A stretch of 24,830 nucleotides of DNA from an uncultured Rhodospirillaceae bacterium. Its GTDB lineage: Bacteria; Pseudomonadota; Alphaproteobacteria; Dongiales; Dongiaceae. Below are positions 1-8,924 of the stretch, in pieces (within the stretch, counting starts at the first letter, position 1; each line of letters begins with the position of its first letter). The notes under the pieces were generated by a model. The model had not been told where the DNA came from and made no database searches. It saw only the letters and a program-made list of their open reading frames with translations. The position numbers and the translations under genes were made by a program. The stretch is taken from NCBI GenBank assembly GCA_964594035.1, contig CAZQLF010000002.1, positions 1 to 24,830 on the forward strand. The letters are read 5' to 3'.

Positions 1-746
1 TTGCGATTCACCTCGAAGGGCTCGGTCCCCTCAGCCGCGGCCTGGATGAGGACGAGATAGTTATCGAATTCGAGGCCCTTCTTCGTCGGCTTCCAGAGAA
101 CACCGACATCGCTGAGCCAGGCTTCCCACGTCACCCAGTTGCGGTCGTACTCGACCAGATGCAGCAGCACCTCGTCGAGCAACTCTCGTGGCTTGCGCAA
201 CGGGGCACGGCCGCGCAGATAGCTCGGCGCGCAAATCGGAAAGATCTCGTTGTCCAGCAGGTGAACCGCCTCGACGCCGGCCCAGCGGCCGGATCCATAG
301 CGCACCGCAAGGTCGATGCCCGCGGCGGCAAGATTTGACACAGGCGACGAAGCCACGACCTTCAGTTCGATATCGGGATTGAGGGCGCGGAATTTGTGAA
401 TGTGCGCCATCAGCCAGTAGGAGGCGAAGGTGACGCTGGTTGCGACCGTGATGTCCGCCCTGGGGCCTACGTGACGGATCTCTGCGACGGTGTTGGCAAT
501 ATGCTCCAGGCCAATCGTCACCGATTTGTGGAGGTAGGAGCCGGGGGGCGTCAACCGTAGCCCGCGCGGCAGGCGCTGAAACAGGCTCGTGCCCAGATGA
601 TCTTCAAGAATCTGGATCTGCCGGCTGACGGCAGCCTGGGTGACGTTCAGCTCCTGGGCGGCGCGGGTGAAGTTGAGATGACGCGCGGCAGCCTCGAAAA
701 CAACGAGGCTGTTGGCCGGCGGCAGTTTGGCGCGAAGCCCAGCCAT
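1..746 (-). CDS. LysR-family transcriptional regulator, GcvA-like (3' end runs off the window)
   Basis: Manual translation from ATG at 746: MAGLRAKLPPANSLVVFEAAARHLNFTRAAQELNVTQAAVSRQIQILEDHLG, the LysR HTH. The substrate domain has GIDLAVRYGSGRWPG, typical of the GcvA/AmpR subfamily. Not in the ORF track because no stop lies in the window. Confidence 0.93.
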   Translation of the reverse strand, partial: MAGLRAKLPPANSLVVFEAAARHLNFTRAAQELNVTQAAVSRQIQILEDHLGTSLFQRLPRGLRLTPPGSYLHKSVTIGLEHIANTVAEIRHVGPRADITVATSVTFASYWLMAHIHKFRALNPDIELKVVASSPVSNLAAAGIDLAVRYGSGRWAGVEAVHLLDNEIFPICAPSYLRGRAPLRKPRELLDEVLLHLVEYDRNWVTWEAWLSDVGVLWKPTKKGLEFDNYLVLIQAAAEGTEPFEVNR

Positions 747-754
747 CAGGTAAA

Positions 755-771
755 CTCATGCACCCAATGAG
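755..771. promoter_or_regulatory. Candidate LysR operator, inverted repeat CTCAT-N7-ATGAG
   Basis: Perfect 5-bp dyad 9 bp upstream of the LysR start, in the AT-rich divergent intergenic region. Resembles the CTAAT half-site of E. coli GcvA sites. Confidence 0.45.
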
Positions 772-789
772 AATTACTGCAATTCACAC

Positions 790-817
790 AGGCTACGAGC
801 AGTGATCCAATAGTCAA
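790..817 (-). promoter_or_regulatory. Possible sigma70 promoter for the LysR gene (TTGACT-N16-TAGCCT)
   Basis: Motif match only. Confidence 0.35.
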
Positions 818-847
818 GCGCATACCACATCATCGGGAGAAGGGCTC

Positions 848-1012
848 ATGGCCCAGGAAGCCGCGAATTTTTCGTCCTCGGTGCCGTTGCCTGCCGCGGA
901 CGAGGCCACGTCGCCCCGCCCAGAATTTCGCCCCGAGGCAACGCCCGCCCGGGTGCTGGACTTCGCCGACGCCATGCGCCGTGTCGAAGACGAGGTCTAC
1001 AATATCGCCTGA
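848..1012 (+). CDS. Small hypothetical protein, 54 aa (MAQEAANF...VLDFADAMRRVEDEVYNIA)
   Basis: ATG preceded by GGGAGAAGGG. Open for 55 codons with GC-rich third positions in the 3' half. Fills the gap between the divergent promoter and sgaA. Shorter than the 60-aa minimum seen in the ORF track. Confidence 0.65.
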   Translation: MAQEAANFSSSVPLPAADEATSPRPEFRPEATPARVLDFADAMRRVEDEVYNIA

Positions 1013-1052
1013 CCGGTGCTGCTAGCGCCGCCCCCTTTTCCGGAGAGCTGCC

Positions 1053-2249
1053 ATGCCAGGACGCAATGCGCTTTTCATCCCCGGCCCGACCAACATGCCC
1101 GACGCCATTCGCGTGGCCATGGATCTTCCGCTCGAAGATCAGCGCTCGCCGGACTTCCCGGCGCTTACTCTGGGCCTGTTTCAGGATCTGAAGAAGATCT
1201 TCAAGACGAGCACGGGCCAGGTCTTCCTGTTTCCCGCCAGCGGCAGTGGCGGCTGGGAAGCAGCGATCACCAACACGCTTTCTCCCGGCGATCATATTCT
1301 CGCTGCCCATCACGGCCAGTTCTCCCAGCAGTGGATCGAGCTGTGCCGCCGGCACGAGATGAAGGTCGAGATCCTGGAGGCCGAGTGGGGCGACGGTGCG
1401 CCGATCGAGCGCTATACCGAGCGGCTGGCCGCCGACAAGGCGCATGAGATCAAGGCCGTGCTCATCTGCCACAACGAGACAGCGACGGGTGTCACCTCGG
1501 ATGTCGCAGCACTGCGCAAGGCGCTGGATGCCGCGGGCCATCCCGCCCTGCTCTATGCCGACGGCGTCAGCTCGATCGCCAGCATCGACTTCCGCATGGA
1601 TGAATGGGGCGTCGACCTCGCCGTTTGCGGCTCCCAGAAGGGGTTCATGCTGCCGACAGGCCTCGCCATCGTCGCCGCCAGCCAGAAAGCGCTGGCCGCG
1701 GGCGCTTCGGCAAAATGTCCGCGTTTCTTTTTCGATTTCGCCGACATGATCCGCACCAATAAGGACGGCTATTTTCCCTACACGCCCGCAAGCACGCTGT
1801 TGCGCGGCCTGCGCGCTTCCATCGACCTGCTGTTGGGCGAGGGCCTGGAGGCGGTGTTTGCCCGGCATCACCGCATGGCCGAGGCTGTGCGCCAGGCTGT
1901 CGCGGCCTGGGGTCTTTCACTCTGTGCCAAAGAGCCGCGCTGGTACTCGGATACGGTCAGCGCCATTCGGGTGCCCGACGGTTTCGATGCCAACGACGTC
2001 GTGAAGCATGCCTACCACCGCTACAACCTGTCGCTCGGCATCGGGCTCTCGAGAGTGGCGGGCAAGGTGTTCCGCATCGGCCACCTCGGCAGCCTCAATG
2101 AGCTCATGATCCTGATGGCGTTGGCCGGTTCGGAAATGGCCATGCATGATGCGGGCATCAAGGTGCCGCTCGGCAGCGGCGTTGCTGCCGCGCAGGCACA
2201 TTTCCTCGCAAGCCGCCAGCCGGCCGGCATCGCCCGCGCCGCCGAATAG
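1053..2249 (+). CDS. sgaA: Serine--glyoxylate aminotransferase (class V PLP aminotransferase)
   Basis: LFIPGPTN N-terminus, HNETATGV, DGVSS, GSQKG (PLP lysine) and FRIGHLG motifs. Directly upstream of mtkAB-ppc. Confidence 0.88.
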   Translation: MPGRNALFIPGPTNMPDAIRVAMDLPLEDQRSPDFPALTLGLFQDLKKIFKTSTGQVFLFPASGSGGWEAAITNTLSPGDHILAAHHGQFSQQWIELCRRHEMKVEILEAEWGDGAPIERYTERLAADKAHEIKAVLICHNETATGVTSDVAALRKALDAAGHPALLYADGVSSIASIDFRMDEWGVDLAVCGSQKGFMLPTGLAIVAASQKALAAGASAKCPRFFFDFADMIRTNKDGYFPYTPASTLLRGLRASIDLLLGEGLEAVFARHHRMAEAVRQAVAAWGLSLCAKEPRWYSDTVSAIRVPDGFDANDVVKHAYHRYNLSLGIGLSRVAGKVFRIGHLGSLNELMILMALAGSEMAMHDAGIKVPLGSGVAAAQAHFLASRQPAGIARAAE

Positions 2250-2258
2250 GAAAACGCC

Positions 2259-3458
2259 ATGGACATTCACGAGTATCAGGCCAAGGAAATTCTCTCGGAG
2301 TTCGGCGTGCCCGTTCCTCGCGGCGGTCTCGCCTACAGCCCGGAACAGGCCGCCTATCGTGCGCGGGAGATCGGCGGCGAGCGTTGGGTGGTGAAGGCCC
2401 AGATCCACGCCGGCGGCCGCGGCAAGGCCGGCGGGATCAAGCTCTGCCGTGACGAGCACCAGGTGTGGGACGCAGCCGACGCACTGCTCGGCAAGCGTCT
2501 GGTCACCAGTCAGACGGGCCCGCGCGGCAAGGGGGTCTATCGCCTCTATGTCGAGGCGGCTACCGACATTGCCAAGGAGTTCTATCTGGGCCTGGTGTTG
2601 GACCGCAAGAGCGAGCGCGTCATGGTGGTGGCATCGTCGGCCGGCGGAATGGAGATCGAGGACATCAGCCATGATCGGCCCGAAACCCTGATCCGCCTTG
2701 CTATCGATCCTGCCGTCGGCATGCAGCCTTTCCAGGCGCGTGAGCTCGCTTTCGCGCTCGGATTCGAGCATGGCCAGGTGGCCAAGGCCGTGGAACTCCT
2801 CCTCGGCAGCTATCGTGCCTTTCGCGAGCTGGACGCCACCATGGTCGAGATCAATCCCCTGGTCCTGACTGCCGAGGGCCAGCTTTTGGCCCTCGATGCC
2901 AAGATGAGCTTCGACGACAACGCGCTCTTTCGCCGCCCGCATGTGTCGGAGCTGCGCGACAAGTCACAGGAGGATGCGCGCGAGACGAAAGCGACCGACC
3001 GGGGCCTCAGCTATGTCGGCCTGGACGGCAACATCGGCTGCATCATCAACGGCGCCGGCCTCGCCATGGCCACCATGGACATGATCATGCATGCCGGTGG
3101 CGAGCCTGCCAACTTCCTTGACATCGGCGGCGGCGCCACGCCCGAGCGGGTTGCCAAGGCCTTTGGCCTTGTCCTCTCCGACGAACGGGTCGAGGCCATC
3201 CTCGTCAACATCTTCGCCGGCATCAACCGCTGCGACTGGGTGGCGCAGGGCATCATCCAGGCGCTTCAGAAGGTCGAGATGAAGGTGCCGCTGGTGGTGC
3301 GTCTTGCCGGGACTCATGCCGAGGAGGGCCGGCGGGCGCTCGAAGGCAGCAGCTTTCCCATCATTGCTGCCGACAGCCTGGCCGATGCCGCCCTGAAGGT
3401 GGTCCGTGCCTGGCAGGACAGGCGAGCCGCCCAGGCACCGTTGAGGGCCGCATCATGA
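2259..3458 (+). CDS. mtkA: Malate--CoA ligase (malate thiokinase) beta subunit
   Basis: SucC-fold motifs ([32 protein letters not shown]). MtkA-type [13 protein letters not shown] where SucC has NIFGGIVRCD. Serine-cycle context. Confidence 0.85.
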   Translation: MDIHEYQAKEILSEFGVPVPRGGLAYSPEQAAYRAREIGGERWVVKAQIHAGGRGKAGGIKLCRDEHQVWDAADALLGKRLVTSQTGPRGKGVYRLYVEAATDIAKEFYLGLVLDRKSERVMVVASSAGGMEIEDISHDRPETLIRLAIDPAVGMQPFQARELAFALGFEHGQVAKAVELLLGSYRAFRELDATMVEINPLVLTAEGQLLALDAKMSFDDNALFRRPHVSELRDKSQEDARETKATDRGLSYVGLDGNIGCIINGAGLAMATMDMIMHAGGEPANFLDIGGGATPERVAKAFGLVLSDERVEAILVNIFAGINRCDWVAQGIIQALQKVEMKVPLVVRLAGTHAEEGRRALEGSSFPIIAADSLADAALKVVRAWQDRRAAQAPLRAAS

Positions 3459-4345
3459 GCGTTCTGCTACATGCCGATACCAGGGTCATTGTCCAGGGCA
3501 TCACGGGCAAGATCGGAACCTTTCACGCCCAGGAAATGCTGGATTACGGCACCAAGGTCGTCGGCGGCGTGACGCCCGGAAAGGGCGGGACCAGCCATCT
3601 CGGCCTGCCGATTTTCAACTCCGTGCGCGAAGCCGTGCGCCTTACCGGCGCTGCGGCCAGCATCGTCTTTGTCCCGCCGCCGTTTGCCGCCGATTCCATC
3701 ATGGAAGCGGCCGATGCCGGAATCCGGTTGTGCGTTGCGATCACCGACGGCATTCCCGCCCAGGACATGATCCAGGTGAAGCGTTTCATGCGCCGCTACA
3801 AGGCGAAGAATCGCATGCAGCTGGTCGGCCCCAATTGCGCAGGCGTCATCAGCCCGGGCAAGGCGCTGCTCGGAATCATGCCGGGCCACATCTACCAGCC
3901 GGGGAATGTCGGCATTGTCGGGCGCTCCGGTACGCTGGGCTACGAAGCGGCCGCCCAGATGCAGGCACTCGGCATCGGCGTCTCCACCAGCGTGGGCATC
4001 GGCGGCGATCCCATCAACGGCAGCTCGTTCAAGGATATCCTCGAGATGTTCGAGCAGGACCCGGAAACGAAAGCCGTCATGATGATCGGTGAAATCGGCG
4101 GCCCGCAGGAAGCCGAGGCAGCCCTTTTCATCCGCAAGAACATGACCAAGCCGACCGTGGGTTACATCGCCGGTCTTACGGCGCCGAAGGGCCGCCGCAT
4201 GGGCCATGCCGGCGCAATCATCTCCGCCTTCGGCGAAAGCGCCGATGAGAAGGTCGAGATCCTGCAGGAGGCCGGCGTGACCGTGGCCCCCAATCCCTCC
4301 GAACTTGGTTCGACCGTAGCGCGCGTGCTCGCGCAGGCGGCGTGA
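3455..4345 (+). CDS. mtkB: Malate--CoA ligase alpha subunit
   Basis: SucD fold (QGITG, GPNCAG, SRSGTL-like [18 protein letters not shown] with phospho-His). MtkB-like [16 protein letters not shown] insert. ATGA overlap with mtkA. Confidence 0.85.
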   Translation: MSVLLHADTRVIVQGITGKIGTFHAQEMLDYGTKVVGGVTPGKGGTSHLGLPIFNSVREAVRLTGAAASIVFVPPPFAADSIMEAADAGIRLCVAITDGIPAQDMIQVKRFMRRYKAKNRMQLVGPNCAGVISPGKALLGIMPGHIYQPGNVGIVGRSGTLGYEAAAQMQALGIGVSTSVGIGGDPINGSSFKDILEMFEQDPETKAVMMIGEIGGPQEAEAALFIRKNMTKPTVGYIAGLTAPKGRRMGHAGAIISAFGESADEKVEILQEAGVTVAPNPSELGSTVARVLAQAA

Positions 4346-7101
4346 GGGGGAATACGCGGACGGTGACCCGCCAGGCAGCGGGCGCGGGCGCCATGGCAGC
4401 GGCCAAAGGCACCGTGGAACAACGTGATCCCGTGCTCGGGCGCGACGGTTATATCGGCCAGATCATCGATTTTCTCTTCGAGCGGCTGCGCGAGGTGGTG
4501 CGATTGCGCCAGCCGGAAATCGAGGCCTACCTGCTCGACGAGCGCTTGCTGGATGACCTGGCGCCGGCCCTGCAGCTGCGCGCGCTCCAAGCATACGGTA
4601 TCTGGTTTCAACTGGCGTCCATCGCCGAAGAAAACGCCGCCATGCGCGCGCGACGGCGCATTGAGCGCGACGGCGGGCCGGACGCCGTGCCGGGAAGCTT
4701 TTCCCATGTCATCGCGAAAGCCGCAGCAACCGGCATCGAGGCCAGCGCCGTTCAGGACCTGCTGGAACGCGGCCTGGTCCAGCCGGTATTGACCGCCCAT
4801 CCGACCGAGGCCAAGCGCGTGACCGTGCTGGACATCCACCGGCGCATCTATCGACTGCTGGTCGACCTGGAATCGCCGCGCTGGACCCGGGGTGAGCGTG
4901 CCGCCCTTGTCGGCAATCTTCGCAATGAGATCGACCTGCTCTGGCTCACCGGCGAGATCCGCCTGGAAAAGCCGAGCGTCGAACAGGAAGTGGCGTGGGG
5001 CCTGCACTTCTTCGACGAAACCATTTTTGGGCGCATTCCTGAACTACTGGAGCGTCTTGATGTTGCGCTCTCCCGCCACTACCCGGAAACTGTGTTCCGC
5101 ATCCCGCCGTTCTTTCGCTTCGGCTCCTGGATCGGTGGCGACCGCGACGGCAACCCCTTCGTCACCGCCGATGTAACGCGTCATGCGCTTGCGAGCAGCC
5201 GGGAAGCCACGCTCCAGCATTACCGCAATGAGATATCGGGGTTACTGCGCAGTCTGAGCGTAGCAGCTCATAGCGTCAGCGTGCCTTCAGCCTTTCTCAC
5301 GCGCCTGGAGACAGCACTCGAGCGTAGCGGAAAGCGCGGGGCCATCGAGGCGCGCAATCCGGGGGAAGTATTCCGGCAGTTCCTGAATTGCATCAACGGC
5401 CGGCTCGAGGCGAGGGGGCCAGCCGCCTACCAGCATCCCGACGAACTCGTCGCCGATCTTTTGGCCCTCGAGGAAGGTCTCGCAGGCGCGCGCTGTACGG
5501 GCCTGGCGCGCAGCCTTGTGCGGCCGGTGCGCCGCCAGGCCGAAACCTTTGGCTTCTGCGCTGCCAGCCTCGACATTCGCCAGAATGCCAAGGTGACCAA
5601 TCGCACGCTGCAAGCGATCTGGCGGCAAAGTCACAACGACCGCGAACCGCCTGCGGCCGACAGCGATGTATGGAAGGCCTGGCTGACGGCCGAATTGGCC
5701 CGCCCGCTCGACGGACTGCCTGCGTTCGAGGGCCTGTCGGAGGAAGCCGCGGAGGCGCTCAGCGTGTTTCGCCTGATGCGCGAGGAGGCCGCGAAGGATC
5801 GGACTTCGCTCGGTGCCTTCATCCTCAGCATGACGGCACGGGCCACCGACATTCTCGGGGTCTTCCTGCTAGCGAAATATGCTGGCCTTTTTGCCGATAG
5901 TCAGGGGATCGAAAGCTGCAGCATCCGTGTTGTCCCGCTGTTCGAGACGATTGGCGATCTCCAGCGCGCGCCGGCCATCCTGCGCGAGCTGCTGTCGCTG
6001 CCGCTGGTACGGCGTACGATACGCGCGCTCGGACGCAGCCAGGAGGTGATGCTTGGCTACTCCGATTCCAACAAGGACGGTGGTTTCCTCTCCGCCAACT
6101 GGGCGCTGTTCAAGGCACAGATCGAGCTTTCGCGCATTGGGCGTCAGTTCGGTATCCAGGTCACATTTTTCCACGGTCGTGGCGGATCGGTCAGCCGGGG
6201 CGGCGCGCCAACAGGCCGGGCCATAGAGGCCCAGCCGGCCGACTCTGTGGCGGGCCGGCTGCGCATGACGGAGCAAGGTGAAGTTGTTTCCGCGCATTAT
6301 GCCAATCGCGGCACGGCGCTCGCCCATATGGAATTGATGGCCTCAAGCGTGCTGAGCCACAGCCTGCGCGGGGCCGCAACACCTCTCGCAGCCAATCCGG
6401 AATTCGACGAGGCCATGGAGGCGCTGGCGGGCGTCTCCGAAGCAGCCTATCGCCGTCTCGCTGACCATCCTGGCCTGGTTGCCTATTATCATGCGGCGAG
6501 CCCGCTTGCCGAACTCGCCTGGCTCAAGCTGGGCTCGCGGCCGACGCACCGGTTTGGCGCACGCACGCTGGACGATCTTCGCGCGATTCCCTGGGTGTTC
6601 GGCTGGAGCCAGAACCGTCATCTCATTCCAGGATGGTATGGCATCGGCACGGCGCTCCATCGGTTTGTGGAAATAAGAGGGATCGCCGGCAAGGGCCTGT
6701 TGCAGCGCATGTTCGGCTCATTCCCTCTTTTTCGCCTCGTTGTCGACGAAGTCGAAAAGACCCTGCCGCTGGTCGACCTTGCCGTTGCCCGGCGCTTCGC
6801 AGCACTTGTCGGCGACGCCGCTTTGCGCGAGGAAATCCTCGGGATGATCGAAACCGAGTACGACCGCGCGAAGCGCTGCCTGCTTGACCTCACTGGCGAA
6901 AACGCACTCCTCGAGCGCTTCCCCAACTATCGCAGCCGTCTCGACAGCCGCTTGCCCATGCTGAACCGTGCCAGCTATCTCCAGGCCGAGCTGCTCGGCC
7001 GCGTCCGCTCGCGCCAGGTGAGCGCGGAACAGGACGAGCAGTTCGTCCCTCTTCTTCTTTCCATCAACTGTGTTGCAGCGGGGCTGGGCTGGACAGGCTG
7101 A
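4342..7101 (+). CDS. ppc: Phosphoenolpyruvate carboxylase (start uncertain: GTG 4342, GTG 4363 or ATG 4393)
   Basis: [46 protein letters not shown] and [10 protein letters not shown] motifs. Confidence 0.96.
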   Translation: MRGNTRTVTRQAAGAGAMAAAKGTVEQRDPVLGRDGYIGQIIDFLFERLREVVRLRQPEIEAYLLDERLLDDLAPALQLRALQAYGIWFQLASIAEENAAMRARRRIERDGGPDAVPGSFSHVIAKAAATGIEASAVQDLLERGLVQPVLTAHPTEAKRVTVLDIHRRIYRLLVDLESPRWTRGERAALVGNLRNEIDLLWLTGEIRLEKPSVEQEVAWGLHFFDETIFGRIPELLERLDVALSRHYPETVFRIPPFFRFGSWIGGDRDGNPFVTADVTRHALASSREATLQHYRNEISGLLRSLSVAAHSVSVPSAFLTRLETALERSGKRGAIEARNPGEVFRQFLNCINGRLEARGPAAYQHPDELVADLLALEEGLAGARCTGLARSLVRPVRRQAETFGFCAASLDIRQNAKVTNRTLQAIWRQSHNDREPPAADSDVWKAWLTAELARPLDGLPAFEGLSEEAAEALSVFRLMREEAAKDRTSLGAFILSMTARATDILGVFLLAKYAGLFADSQGIESCSIRVVPLFETIGDLQRAPAILRELLSLPLVRRTIRALGRSQEVMLGYSDSNKDGGFLSANWALFKAQIELSRIGRQFGIQVTFFHGRGGSVSRGGAPTGRAIEAQPADSVAGRLRMTEQGEVVSAHYANRGTALAHMELMASSVLSHSLRGAATPLAANPEFDEAMEALAGVSEAAYRRLADHPGLVAYYHAASPLAELAWLKLGSRPTHRFGARTLDDLRAIPWVFGWSQNRHLIPGWYGIGTALHRFVEIRGIAGKGLLQRMFGSFPLFRLVVDEVEKTLPLVDLAVARRFAALVGDAALREEILGMIETEYDRAKRCLLDLTGENALLERFPNYRSRLDSRLPMLNRASYLQAELLGRVRSRQVSAEQDEQFVPLLLSINCVAAGLGWTG

Positions 7102-7104
7102 GCG

Positions 7105-7995
7105 CTAGCCTGCTGCAGCACTCGCGCTCTGGCGCTGGCTTCGTGCGCCATAGCCGACCGCCAGGATCACCGCGCCCACGATCAGGGCACCGCCCATGGC
7201 GGCATTTACAGTTGGCTGCTCGCCCACACCCAGCCAGGTCCAGAACGGGTTGAACAGCACGTCCAGCAGGTTGATCAGGACGGCCAGCACCGCCGGCACA
7301 TAGCGCGCGCCGACGACGAAGAGATAGAGCGGCAGGGCGAGCTGCACGACGGCCATGGCGACGAGGATGGCGATATCGCGCAGCGGCACCGCCGGTATGC
7401 CGTGGAACAGCGCTAGCACGACACTCATGCCGGCAGCGCCAATGATGATTGCCGGTACCATGTCGACATTGCGAAACCAGCGCAGCGATACCGACTGGCC
7501 GGCAAAGCAGAAGGCAACGCCCAGCGCCATGATCGTGCCGAGCCAGCTTCCGTGGCCCAGTTCCTGGCGCATGGTGATGTAGACGCCGGCGAGCGCGATG
7601 AATGCCGCCAGCCAGATCACGGCACTAGTCCTCTCGCGCAGCAGCAGCCAGGCGAGGATGGCGGCAAACAGCGGCGATGTGGCGGCCACGCACGAGACAT
7701 TGGCGACGGGAGCGGATGCCAGTGAGGTGATGTAGAGCGTAGAGCCGGAAGCAAAAAAACCACCGCAGAGCAACGTGCCCTTCGGTTCCATCGCCCTGAA
7801 ACGGGCGTACACCTCGCCGCGGTAACGGAATGCCAGATAGATGAACAAGGTCAGCGCCGTGAAGAAAGCGCGGTAAATCGCGATCGTCACGCCGTCGGTG
7901 GTGACGAGCGAGCGAACGAAAATGCCGGACAGACTCCAGAAAAGGGTCGCACCAAGCATCAGCGCGACGCCCTTGACGTAATCCGACTTGTGCAA
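7105..7995 (-). CDS. DMT/EamA-family transporter (about 10 TM)
   Basis: 296 aa, highly hydrophobic, two EamA-like halves (TSPLFAAILAWLLLRER; LLDVLFNPFWTWLGVGEQP). TTG start. Confidence 0.88.
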   Translation of the reverse strand: MHKSDYVKGVALMLGATLFWSLSGIFVRSLVTTDGVTIAIYRAFFTALTLFIYLAFRYRGEVYARFRAMEPKGTLLCGGFFASGSTLYITSLASAPVANVSCVAATSPLFAAILAWLLLRERTSAVIWLAAFIALAGVYITMRQELGHGSWLGTIMALGVAFCFAGQSVSLRWFRNVDMVPAIIIGAAGMSVVLALFHGIPAVPLRDIAILVAMAVVQLALPLYLFVVGARYVPAVLAVLINLLDVLFNPFWTWLGVGEQPTVNAAMGGALIVGAVILAVGYGARSQRQSASAAAG

Positions 7996-8031
7996 CGGCG
8001 TGCTGATGGGGACCCGCTACCTGAACAACGT

Positions 8032-8069
8032 GAGCAAGATTGGATCAGTAAACTGATCCGATCTTGCTC
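8032..8069. repeat. 38-bp near-perfect palindrome (18-bp arms, 1 mismatch, 2-nt centre)
   Basis: GAGCAAGATTGGATCAGT-AA-ACTGATCCGATCTTGCTC read directly. No adjacent poly-T tract. Confidence 0.9.
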
Positions 8070-8118
8070 CGGTGGGTCAGTTTAGCCTGTCAGATGTAGC
8101 GGCGAAAGTTGCGGCCGC

Positions 8119-8349
8119 TCAGGCCCGCCTCTGCAGCTGCGCAACTGAAACCCGTCCCTTGAATTGCCGGCTCGATGGGACACTCACCGCGGCAATGGCG
8201 GGCTTGGTCTTCGCCGCGAGGAGCAGCGTAACAGCGGGCGGCGTGATCGCAGCAAAGCGGCCGAGGCGGCGCAGGGTTGCGCGGCGCGACTGGTCGATGG
8301 CCGTATCCAAAGGTGAAGGCAGCACGCCTTCCTGATCTCTGGTTTGCAT
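8119..8349 (-). CDS. 76-aa single-unit twin-arginine-leader-like peptide (putative secreted peptide or RiPP precursor)
   Basis: ATG 8349: MQTRDQEGVLPSPLDTAIDQS-RRATLRRLGRFAAITPPAVTLLL-AAKTKPAIA-AVSVPSSRQFKGRVSVAQLQRRA. Homologous to each unit of the upstream gene. Product assignment is inference. Confidence 0.75.
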   Translation of the reverse strand: MQTRDQEGVLPSPLDTAIDQSRRATLRRLGRFAAITPPAVTLLLAAKTKPAIAAVSVPSSRQFKGRVSVAQLQRRA

Positions 8350-8924
8350 CGGTAGGTTCTTTCTCAGGCTGCCTTGCAAAGCTGAGGTACCAAGACCGGC
8401 TCCTTGAACTGCCGGCTGGATTCCGGGGCGGGACTGACGATCGCCTGCGCGCGCCTGGTGCTGGCCGACAAGAGGAGCGTGACGGCCGGCGGCGTGATGG
8501 CGGCAAAGCGCCCCAGCCGGCGCAAGGTCGCCCGGCGGCGCTGATCGATCATCGCATCGCCTGCCCGTTGCTGGAGCTTCGGCACTGAGACGTGCTCCTT
8601 GAACTTCCGGCTGGATATCGGTCCGATGCTCACCGCGACAGCGCGCTTTGGTTTCCCCGCAAGAAGAAGGGTTATGGCCGGTGGCGTGATGGCGGCAAAG
8701 CGCCCCAGGCGGCGCAGCGTTGCGCGGCGGCTTTGGTTGATTGCCGCTTCATCAGGATGCGGCTGAAGCTTCGACACAGTAACCGGTTCCTTGAGCTGCC
8801 GGCTGGAAGTCGGCGCTGGCGAGACCACGGCCTTGGCGCTCTTGGTCGCTGCCGACAGGAGCAAGGTGACGGCCGGTGGCGTGACTGCGGCGAAGCGGCC
8901 AAGGCGGCGCAAGGCCGCGCGGCG
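8218..8924 (-). repeat. Four coding repeats of a 23-codon block at 8856-8924, 8661-8729, 8469-8537 and 8218-8286
   Basis: Blocks translate RRA(A/T)LRRLGRFAA(V/I)TPPA(V/I)TLLL. Spacing is 195, 192 and 251 nt. Confidence 0.95.

Noticed and set aside
2259-4345. Succinyl-CoA synthetase sucCD
   Set aside because: The [11 protein letters not shown] motif, the MtkB-like insert and the sgaA/ppc context (no mdh or sucAB) favour mtkAB. Phylogeny would settle it.
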